Part shown: positions 12,924 to 23,452 of the stretch, one piece after another
Numbering within the stretch: position 1 is the stretch's first letter
Layout of the letters: the number at the start of each line of letters is the position of its first letter
From: Cyanophora paradoxa CCMP329
Taxonomy: Eukaryota; Plantae; Glaucophyta
Direction: 5' to 3'
Length of the DNA: 64,000 nucleotides
Assembly (NCBI GenBank): GCA_004431415.1
Contig: QPMI01000531.1
Span: 62,001 to 126,000, forward strand
Notes under the pieces: model-generated
Seen by the model: the letters and a program-made list of their open reading frames with translations, nothing else
The model's database searches: none
Told to the model about the DNA's origin: nothing
Made by a program: the position numbers and the translations under genes

Positions 12924-15900
12924 TCAAGCAGCTTCTTCGACGCTTGCAGACACGGACCACAAGCTAGCGGACAACCAGCCCTCAAGGATGCTCTTTGCAA
13001 CGGACTCCAAACCCGCAAGGGCTGCTGGCACACTGACGTGAATTACGCACCTTCGCGGCTTAGCCTTCAATTTGCGAGTTCCGAGAGCCTGCGCATGCAT
13101 GCCAAATCGCTTAAATTTGGCAGAGAACCGCTGATGCAGAAGACTGCAGACCTGGAGGGGGAACAGATCCGGCAGAGTCTCGATCGTTGAATCTATTCCC
13201 AGAATAGTGAGACGTGGCATCTTGGGGCTCGACAGCAGCGCCTGTACTTCCCCGTCCCTGATTCGCCTCAGCCCGATCGCAGTCTTTTTTTTATCTAGAG
13301 ATCTAGAGATCTCGACTCACGTGAAAGGCCGCTGAAGGTTGAGGTCAAATTTGTGGAGAGCGTCGACTGGAGATGCTTGCGAAATGAAGCGCTTGATTGT
13401 TTCCGCACTTGGATTTCGGGACTTGCCTGCGCAACGAATGGCACGAAACATTAGATAAAAGAGCCACTGACTTGCCGCGCGCGTCAGTTGGGTCCGGGGA
13501 AGGGAATTTTAACTCGGCGAATCCAAAGATCTAGATCTAGATCGATATCTAGACTCTGAGCTCGAGAGAGCAGGCCTATAGCTAGCGCATATATAGCTAT
13601 AGGAGCTTCCGAAGTTCAAGGCTTGAGGAAGAAACTTGAAATGCAGAACTCATGATCAAGCTTAAGCTTCAGAAGGCGGTGGCCGGGCGAGCCGGCTCCG
13701 ATCCGCGGCCGAGGCTGGCCATGCATATGCCAGGCTATAGCTAGCGCTCACGATCGAGCTAGCGCTCGAGGCTCAGCGGCTAGGCCAGAGGTAGGGTGCG
13801 GGCCCCGGGGGCGGGGGATGGCTCGCAAATCGAACCGGTACCTTGTGTGCTCCTGCGCATGCGCTTGCCCCGCGGCCGTCGCGCGCGTGAGGCGCGACGG
13901 CGCCGGCCGCGGGCCCGGGTGCAGGGGTGCGCGTGTGCGCGTGTGTGCGGCGCGCGGGGAGGCGCGCGGCTTGGCTAGAGGCTGGCCTCCGCGATCTAGA
14001 TCTGCATGCGCGGGCAAACCTGGGCGCGAACGCAGGGACGCTGCTCGAGCTCATGATCATGATCACGCTCCGCTCATGCATATGATCAGAAAGCGGTCGC
14101 GCGGGGCCTGTTGCACTGCGCATGCGGCAATTGGCACGAACGGCCGTGGGCGCAAGCTAGCGCGCATGCGACCGGCTGGTGGCCGGCTTGCGCATATGCA
14201 TGTCGGGGTGCGCGCGCGCGGTTGGAGCGGCTGGGGCGTGCGCGTGATCTCGAGAGGCGTGATCGTGTCGAGCCGAGATCGACAACTCGGCGAGCTGATC
14301 GATGATCATGAAGCTTAAGAGAAGCGATGGAGCGCGGCGGGTACGACATGGCCAGACGGTCATACCAGGTACGTTTAAGGGTACGCCAAAAGACTTTTGC
14401 AGGGTCTTTCGCACTCTCCAATGTGATTGGCTAGCACGCGCGGCGTCCTCCTGCGCTACCGCGAGCGCGCCCGGCCTCGCGCTTGCAGTAAGGAATGTCG
14501 GGCATGATGCAAGCAATGACCTCGAACTGGTTTGGCGCGTATATCTGCTCCCTGTGCGGTGATTCCGGTACCCCAAAAAAGGAGCACGAGGCGCCGGAAC
14601 CCGCGCCGACACGACGCCTACACACTGTGGGAGCCAGTGTCTGCGCTGGTGAGACCTCTAGCGTGCCTCGCGCCCGCCCGATGGCTCAAATCCGCCGAAA
14701 GGCCACTGCTTGTCGCCGCAAAGGCCTTTGCCGCAATCACAGGACCCCCTGTCCTGAAATGAGATGCCACGTCTTCTGGACGGTCAGTTAACCGGCCAAG
14801 CTCCAGGCCCGGCACGATTTCGCACCAGTTGTCTAACCGACACGACGATGCGCAGAGAAGTGCGCCACACGATGGCGGAACAGGAGTTCAACCCGTTCGC
14901 AACACCAGCCCAGCCTGGCGCTGCTGAGGAAGGCGCTGGCCAGGAAGGCGGAGACGCCGATGGCGATGAGCTCATGGACGGCCTCGGCGAGATCGACGAT
15001 GCTGGCAACGGCGCAGATCTCGGCGAGCAAGGCGCTGGTGCAGAAGCCGGAGAGCAGGGCGCTGCGGTGAACGCCGGCGAAGATGAAGACTATGCCGGCG
15101 ACGCCGACGACGATGACGCGGCAGGGCCGAGCGGCCCAGTTGTGCGAGCGCCGACGGGCGGAGAGCGACGGGACAAGTCGCAACCGATAAACAAGACCTT
15201 CCGCGTCCCGAAGTTCATGGTTGCGGTCGTCTTCGAACCGCTCGACCTTGTCCCGACCAAGTACGCGGGGACCCAACTCTGCCTTAACGGCGACGGGCTA
15301 GTCCCACTGAATGAACGCAAACATATGGTTCAAACGGTCCGTCATGACTCGGCCGAGCGAGCTCCCGCCCACGCTGAGAATGTGCGACAGGTGATCTCAG
15401 AACGGAACATCGCCCACGGCGGAGTTCGCACCAACTTCCCTCAAAGGGGTGCGTCGCAGTACTGGCAACGCCGGACGTGATGACAGATGTCACATATGCG
15501 AAAGCTCGCAAGGTGCGCCCGATCTGACGATACGCCCGTCCCCAAGTCTCCTCGCTCACCCCTCGCAGTGGACCAAGGACACGGCTGCGAAGCTGCGCGT
15601 CGCTACATGCCTCGCGGTGAAATTGCCGAACAAGACGAATCGCCGAGACGAAGTAACGATCTACCAGATCGATTCGCCAGTAGTGGTAAGCCGCCGAGCG
15701 AGCCGGAACGACTTCCCCATAACTGTGCATGCGCAGAGAGCCCCGAAACCATGGATGCTGCTCGATGACAAGGAGCACGCGCCAATGATCCTCATCGACG
15801 GCGCCCCGGTGTTCTCTACCAAGGGCGGCCTCCAGCCGGACGGCAACTTCTCCGCGAACACGCGCCGCGACGTGCTTCATCTCTTCCGCACACTGGCGCG

Positions 15901-18900
15901 CCAGGTGGAGCACGACGCGACGAAGTCGCTCAAGACCGCGACGCGGGAGAAACTCACGCCGCTGCAAGACGGCACGGTGCGATGATCTAACCGGCCACGC
16001 GGCGAACGCTAACCAACCGCTGGTACGCAGCTGGAGGCAGAATGCCTCGGCTTTCGAGTCCTCGGATGGGCCGGCACGCCAGCGGCGGTACAACAGAACA
16101 TGATCATGCGCGAGCCTCCGCGCATCGCCCTCACCACCGGCAACGTTCACCTGGCCAACAAGTACGTTGCCGCGCACGGCGACCGGGGCTGACACCTGAG
16201 GCTGACAGCAACCCGCGCTTGCAGACTGATCGAACTCAGCAAGGCGAACCTGCTGCGGTTCGAGTCGTGTCCCATCACGGTGAACCTCGCAACCGAGGCC
16301 CCCGAGCTCCACACCTGCGGCACCTTTGTTCTGGCTCTGCACGCGGCGACAGCGCAACTCCCGGTGAGCCGAGATTCCTTTTTCCCCTCCCGTCCCCGCG
16401 GACGCAGAAGGCTGAAGGCTTGGCAGCTGCCCACCATCCTCAAGGAAGTGGCGCGCAACCCGGCCGAAGTGACGCTGGTCTACCACCAATGCAGCTACAG
16501 TCACGGCCAGTCACCACCCGACGGCGACGTGCTGCACCTCCTTATCAAGAAGGAGAAGGTGGCTGCCTGGGAGGCGGCGATGAAGCCCGCCGCGCCTGGC
16601 GTGCGCTACTCGTGCGGCGAGACGCTTCACCTCTCAATGCAGGTGGCGGACCACACAGCTTCGCTCTGGCGTGTCCGGCCGCCGGCGAGCCTCACCCCGA
16701 AGGCGCTCCAGAACTTCAGCCCCGCTGGCTGCCGCCGTCACCGCCTCCAAGCCTACTTCGAACACAAGAGCTCGAAGTGCCCCGGCACGGACTGGAAGCC
16801 GCGGACGAGCGGCGAGGCGGACGCTGAGGCGTCAGCAGCGTCGTTGGCTGGCCAGCAGCCGGGCTCAGCAGCCAGCAGCCGCGGCCGCGGACGCGGCGGC
16901 GCAGCAGCGAACGCTGGGCGCGGGCGCGGGAGCAAGCGCGACCAGGAAGAGGCGGACCCCCGCGAGACTTTCTTCCCCAAGGAGGCCAAGCGCCCTCGGG
17001 TGCTGCAGCCATTTGTACCTCCCACGGCCCCGCCAGCGCCAGCCTGGGGCGGCAGCAGCGCAACGCCGACCGACCTCTTTGCCGTCGTGGCCGGCGTCCC
17101 CGCAGCATCCTGGCCGCCGCTGCAGCTGGGCATAAACTCGGCAGCAGTGACGTCAGCGGCGCCGGCGCTGAGCAGCAACGATACCCGTGACCGCAACTCG
17201 CGGGGCCGCGGGACGCGCGGACGCGGCGGACCCCACGGCGGGCGCGGAGGACACACTCCGGCGGAGGTGGCGGCGCCTCAGCCCCCGATCCCCATTCTCT
17301 CCCCCCAGCTCCCGGGGGGGTTCCCGGGATTTATGATGCAGCAGACGCCGCAGCAGGTGGCACAGCAGATGCAGATGAACCAGGCGCAGGCGATGTATTT
17401 TGGCGCCATGCTTGCAGCCCAGCAGCCAGGCCGCAGTTAAAGACTAGAGAGGCCTCGAGGATTGTATGTGCTAGTGTGAAGGACACTGGCAATTTGTGCG
17501 TACAGGCAGGGGAGGGAGGGCCCATGCCGGGGGGGGAGGGGGGGTAGACTTGGGAGGGGGCGGACAGCTGGAGTCGGGGAGCAACGGAGCGGGAGTGCCC
17601 AGCCAAAGTGGAGGCCTAATCCTCTCTGAACCCCCGGCCCTAGCGGGGCCGGAGGCACCAAGCTCCTCACCTCTCCACTCAGGCAGTACCACCCCACCAG
17701 CTTTACCACCCTCGCTCCATCCCCACCTATTAGCATAGGACTAGCCCAGGGGTAGAGTTAGATGGATAGCTAGTTATATATATAGGTAGATGTTTAGGCA
17801 CAGCACACGAGAGTCCTCATATTCTCTTCCTGGATATAGTTTTCAGTGAGGGTATGGTCGACGTTACGACTTCAGTGTTGTACGGTTGTGCTAATGCAAA
17901 TTTGGGCCTATCTGCTCCCTGTGCGTCGCTGGACCCGTTTTTGTCCCGGGTGTTGGTGCCTGTTCCTGGATCACCCTTTGGTCGGACGGGACCGGGAGAC
18001 ACGGTTTCGGGGTCCCCTTGGGATGGGCTTTCAGGATATACCGCGATGCCCGGGTTTTGAGGAGGTCGGGGAAACAGGATTTGGGGTAGGGTTGGGCCCG
18101 AGGGACAGGGACAGGGGAAGTGTTTTTCCCTTCCCCAATGATGGAAGAACGCCCAATTGCGATGCTTAAGGTTCTAAGTTGGGTGTGTGCATTGCACCAT
18201 GAATGGCAATTGCAAGCTGCAGTGTAGGAGGAGTCGAAGACGTCAACGTGCTCATGGCGTCAGCAAGGCCGTTCAGGAATCCGTCAGCTCCATCGGCCGC
18301 AGCAGTACTAGTGTAGACGTCGACTTCGAGGCACCGCAAGCGCTTCGCTCCGCTCAGCGCCGCCGCGTCCTCGCGCGCAATCGGGGACACACCCTCGTCA
18401 ATCTACGCAGATCAAAGATGTGCCACATCATGAGCGCTATAGCTAGCGTCGACGCGGCAAATCTAAACGCACTTTCAAACGAGCAATTTTCTCGAGTAGT
18501 GGCATGCACCCGAATCCTCGAATATCCGCACTTGCAACAAGAGCATACCTTGCGAAACGATTCTGTAAATTCAGAAAGCAAAAGTCCACGGGAGATCATA
18601 GGATCGTGAGCAAATTTTAAAGATCTCGCACCGCTTTGGAGAAAAAATCCGAATAGACCGGCCAGCTGGGCCCGCCCCAAGTGCTGTGGGTCCGCCACGG
18701 ATATCAAGATCCAACGTTCTATCGTCCCCTGCACAGAAAAACAAGCAACGCAAAACGCGTATCATCAGAAAAGTAAAAAAACAAGCAATGCAAAACAAGG
18801 ACTTGCAGTCAAATTCGTGACTAGAGGGGCCTAGCAGCGTCACTTCTTCAAGGGAAGCGAGCGGTGCCAAGGCTGCGACAGCTGTCCCATCCTTCGGCCG

Positions 18901-19815
18901 GAAAAGCACAGAGCGAAGGAGCGGGCAACATTGCACTATGGCTGCTGCCGCAGGGCCGCTCATGGCGCTTGGGTAGTTTGAAGTCGGAAAGAGGGAAAAG
19001 GATTGCAGACAGCGAAATGGGGACATGGAAAGGAGAAGCTCCGCGGGGGACGGTGCCCACTCCTCAAAGTTCGCTTCGTATACATCGATGGCAAGCTCCG
19101 TGAGGGGCTGGGCTGCAGCTGCTTCATGATCATGGGCAGGTGGGTCTCTAGGGGCAATCGCACGGAGGGAGGCCAGTGTGCCGAAAACGAGGCCGCACAG
19201 AGCAGAGCTGGGGAGCTCGAGGTCTTCTTCCTCATCCTCATCATACTCCGGCACTTCCAATGTGACGCGAAGGCTGCGGATCCCAGCAGGAGCGCGGACG
19301 CTGCCGCTGGACGTTGACGCCGACGCCGACGTCGAGGCAAGACGTCGGCGTTGCTGTGCATTGCAGCTGGTCGTGGCGCCAGCTATAGTGCTCGAGCTCG
19401 CAATCGAGCGCGATGCAGCTGTTCTCGTGCACTGGACAAGGAATGCTGCAGATGCTGCAAGGTGGTCGAACGCTTGGCGATACATTCCAGGTCCTTGAGA
19501 GGGAACTTCGCATTTGAGCCGTAGCTCGACGGAGGGCTGGGTCGCCAGTTGCAGCTGCCCGGCCTGGATGCGACGGGCTAATGCTTGCAAGCGTTTCGGC
19601 TCCTCGACTGCGACCTCCACTCGCTCCCAAAGCGCAGTGTCGAACGCGCGACGCCACTGCTTGCAGATGGCCCGCAGCTGAACCGCCTTGAGCAGACCGA
19701 CGAAGGAGAGCACGCGCGACACCACCACGTCCGGTAGCATCGCGAACAAGTTCGCCGGAGGCGGCGCATCGCCCTTGCGTGCCCGCTTCGCGCGAGCTTT
19801 GGGCATTCTGCGCAT
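12924..19815 (-). CDS. F-box/LRR-like protein, probably disrupted; 3' exons (12924-13426) separated by a putative 4.8-kb intron
   Basis: F-box LFAMLPDVVVSRVLSFV...LRAICKQWR; LRR-like CPLLRSV, LASLEEVTL. Phase-1 donor at 18197 fits a phase-1 acceptor at 13427 (IAIHG|KSRNPSAETIKRFISQA). One apparent frameshift in an A/T run near 18645. Confidence 0.65.
14542..17925 (+). mobile_element. Putative ORF1-only element bounded by 17-bp direct repeats
   Basis: tatctgctccctgtgcg at 14542-14558 and 17909-17925; lower GC than host genes; G-rich tract after the stop (~17510-17565); no poly(A) tail seen. Confidence 0.45.
14872..17440 (+). CDS. LINE ORF1/Gag-like nucleic-acid-binding protein (acidic N-terminus, two RRM-like segments, variant zinc knuckle, RGG and Q/M-rich tail), up to 7 introns
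   Basis: GT-AG introns 15337-15390, 15449-15486, 15513-15568, 15686-15736, 15977-16030, 16162-16224, 16364-16426 give one open frame (three are in-frame and optional); CRRHRLQAYFEHKSSKCP followed by RGRGRGG. Family call is by motif resemblance only. Confidence 0.6.
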
Positions 19816-20403
19816 TTCACGTCAGTGGAGAGCGCTCACAGGCTGGTGAACAAAGCGGGCGCCTAGCTTACGTGTGGTAGCGCTCTCCTGAGGCCGGGCG
19901 CGAGACGGAAAGGCGAGAGATGGGTAAGTAGGTTGGCTGCGGGCTGACTGCGGATAGGTGCCACTGCACTGCTGCACTTGGGCAGCTGCTGGCAGCACTG
20001 GCGAGGGGTACGCAGCGTCGGGGCAAAGCGTGGAATCGTCGCTCGGGTTCGTTTAAAGTGCTGCGAAACGACCGCACCAAATCCAGCTAGCACAGCGAAC
20101 GAGAATTGCGGCCAGCGGGGGAGCGGGAGCTCGTGCGAAGCAAGGCGGGTCGCCCGAGGCGAAGAAGTCGCCGCGTGCGAGGTAAGCGCACAGTCAGGGA
20201 TCGTCTCGAGCTCGGCGCGTTAGGCTTCGCGCGCCGGCGCTTCGGGGTGCTTTCCAGCCGTTTAGCGCACGCCGTCTGAACGACCCGGCGCTTCATTCGC
20301 TAGCTGCGGCATCTCTGAGCGCTCCAGCGCCAATCCCCGTCGCCGCCACCGGTCGCGTGGTCCCGCGGCCCGAGCTAACACCCAGCAGCGCAGAAGAGCG
20401 GGG

Positions 20404-22565
20404 ATGGCGTTCGCCGCGCCGTGCTTCGTTGTGGTTGTCGCTCCTCCAACCGGTGCGTGCGGTACTAGTGCTGCGCTCGCCCGCTCGCCGCCGCTCACCT
20501 CGCGTGCCACGTGCAGCGCGCGGCTTGAGAGCACCACCGTCGCAGGCGGCTTGCAGGTGCGAGGCAGCTGCTCGGATTTCGCCGCATGCGCCTCAAACCC
20601 GCGCAGCGCCCCCCGGCCACGGATGCTCGTCACGCACCGTGTTTCCGGCTGCAGCGGTCCGCCCGCCGACCCGCACCCCGCACGACGACCGCCGCCCGAC
20701 CGCCCGCAGACGCCGCGCCCCCTCGCTGCGACCGGCTGCTGCTCGGGACTTCTTTCTTCCCGTCGTTGCCCTCCCGCATCAGAGCCGCGCGGTGCGCCCC
20801 GCCGCCCGCCCGCCCCGACGCGTCGGGCGAGCCCCCGCCCAGCTCGCGGCTGGAGGCGGGCCGACCCAGCGAGGCGCCCGTGGCGGCGGCCACAGCGGAC
20901 ACAGCGGCCGCCGCCACAGCGGCGGCGCAGCGGGCGAAGGGGAGGGCGCGGGCGCGGGAGGAGGAGGAGGCGGCGGTGCCGGCGGTGGCGGCGCTGCTGC
21001 GGCGGCGGCTGGGGCGGCACGTGACGGCGGAGGCGGCGGAGGCGGTGGCGCGCTCCGTGCGGCGGCGCCACAAGAACCGCGAGGTGCCGGCGCTGGAGCT
21101 GGCGGGCGCCGTGCTCGACCTGGCGCTGGAGGAGTGGCGGGCGGAGCCGGCGGCGCTCGGCCACGCCCTCGCCAAGCACCCGCGCATGCTCAACACGGGC
21201 GCCCCCGAGCTCCGCGCCCGCATGGCCGCCCTCCTCGCCCAGTACCCCTCTTACAACCCCACCATCGTCCTCCAGTCCTAGTGCGCCCGTACCCCCCCCC
21301 ACACACACACACACACCCCACCCCCCACCCCCCACCCCACCCCACACACCCCCTGACCTGGGTCTGGGGCCGGCGCCACAGCTACTCGCACATGCACCTG
21401 CTGCCGGCGAGCCTGGCGCGGAACGCGAAGGCGCAGGGGCGCACCCGCCGCATGCGCGCCACGGGCTACTCGGCCGAGCGGCTCGCCGAGGGGCGCCAGG
21501 CGCTGCGCGAGGCCGGCTTCAGCGCCAAGCTCGTCGCCTCGGTCGCCAAGCGGCGGCCGCACCTGCTCGGCACCGTCTCCGCCGACATGCTCCGCGCCTT
21601 CGCCCGCCTCCTCGTCGACGAGCTCGGCCTCACCCGGTCCGCCCCTACCCCCCCCCCCTGATCCTTCCCCCCCTGTCTAACCCTACACCCCCCCTCGCGC
21701 CAGGGCGGAGCTGGAGCAGTGTGTGATGCGGTCGCCGGTGCTGCTGGACTACACGGAGGGGTACCTGCGCCCCCGCCTCGAGTACCTCCTCTCGGAGGCC
21801 GGCCCCGCCTTCGACGCCGTCACGATCCGGAAGCTGCTGCTCTGGCCGGCCGTCTTCAACGTGGACCTCGACAAGGTCAAGGCCTTCGCCTCCGGGCTGG
21901 AGCGGCGCGGCTTCGGGAAGGGGGACGTGCAGGCGGCGATGCAGCACGCGGGGACGGCGCTGGCGCAGGACGTGGACGCCCTCTTCGCCCGCCTCGAGGC
22001 CGTCTTCTGCGCCCGCCTCGGCCTCTCCGCCGAGGAGCTCGCCTCGGGCGTGCGGCGGGCGCCGAGCCTGCTGGCGACGACGGAGGGGCTGGCGCGGACG
22101 GTGGAGGCGCTGCTGACGCGGGGGCGGGAGGAGTTCGGGGTGGAGCGGGAGCACGTCGTGCACGTGGCGCGCCAGCAGCCCGAAGTCCTCTGCCTCAAGT
22201 ACGAGGCGAACCTGCGCCCCAAGCTCCGCCTCCTCCGCGACTTCGGCGCCCTGCCCCTCGCCATGCGCCGCCCCATCCTCCTCGCCTCGGGCCTCGAGAC
22301 GCGCCTCTGGCCCCGCGCCGCCGCCAGCGCCCGCGTGGAGCTGGGCTGCAGCCTGGGGCACGCGATGCTCCCCAGCGACGCGGCGTTTGCGGAGCGCGTG
22401 GGGCTCCCCGCGCCCCTCTGGGAGGCCTACATCGCGGAGGCCCGCGAGGCCCTCGACGCCGCCCGCGCCGCTGGCTGGCCCGAGCCCGCCGCCCCGCCCC
22501 TCACCAGCTTCGTCCCGCCCCTCCCGCCCCTCCCGCCCCGCGCCCCGCCCGCCCCGGCCCCCTAG
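20404..22565 (+). CDS. mTERF family protein, likely plastid-targeted
   Basis: MAF start with Ser/Thr/Ala-rich leader; mTERF repeats VAKRRPHLLG, MRSPVLLDYTEGYLRPRLEYL, ARQQPEVLCLKYEANLRPKLRLL, RRPILLASGLETRLWPR. Confidence 0.85.
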
Positions 22566-22743
22566 CTCCTTCCGAGCCCCCACCCTCCCGCGCCTGCCCC
22601 CGGCCGGGCTCCTCCCCGTCCCCCCTGCCGGCTTCTTCTCTCCTCTAGCTTTTTGTTGCCCATCCAAGTCCTTGAATTCTTCTTTTTTCTCGAGAGTCCC
22701 GGTCCTTTGCGGTAGAGTCCTAAGCTTCTTCAACCCGAGTCGG

Positions 22744-22871
22744 AACCTCGGAGAGACTCAGAATTTCGAGGGGGTGACACGTGCGAGTATCGGAATTTCG
22801 AGGAGATAACCTCGGAGAGACTCAGAATTTCGAGGGGGTGACACGTGCGAGTATCGGAATTTCGAGGAGAT
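22744..22871. repeat. Perfect 64-bp tandem duplication with internal 32-bp periodic motif gaatttcgagg
   Basis: Units 22744-22807 and 22808-22871; motif at 22761, 22793, 22825, 22857 and again at 22990. Confidence 0.9.
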
Positions 22872-23452
22872 CTAGAGGGGTTGAGCTCGAGGTGCGGGGT
22901 ACTGCCGCGCAGCGGCGGTACGAAAATCGTTGCCACGGCCGCGGTGGCACACGGCCGCAGCTGCAGTTCAGATTCGAATTCCGAGTTCAGAATTTCGAGG
23001 AGAGGGGTTAAGGAGTAGCGCCGCCCTGCGCGCAACGGTACGTAAACCGGTGTCACTGAGTCACGGCTGTGGCGGCGGCCCGGCGGTGGCCGCCGGGCAC
23101 ACGTGCTCATGCTCACGCCGCACTTGAGTACCAGTGATCATGAGGTCGATCATGAGTGATCATGATCATGAGGTCGATATGCCATATGGCATTTGACATC
23201 TGGCATGGAAGCTCTGGATGCCTCGAGCCTCACTTGCAATTGCCAACGTGCACGTTCCTTTTACTTGCAATTGCCAAAGTGCCAGACGGTGAAAATTATA
23301 ATTAGTTACTTCGTTTTTAATGTTTGGCTGCGAGATCTACGGAGAGCTCTGCAGCTGCAGGTATCGATATCCTCGGGCCCCGACGGTGAGGGGCCCGCGG
23401 GCCCCCGGGGCTCTGGGGCCACCGGGCCACGCCCCTCGCCCCGCGCCGGCGC

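Noticed and set aside
14313-18170. gcttaag at both sides as a piggyBac TTAA target duplication
   Set aside because: No inverted repeats inside the TTAA sites.
22744-23000. CRISPR-like repeat-spacer pattern
   Set aside because: Repeat only 11 bp, spacers alternate identically, no cas genes, eukaryotic context.
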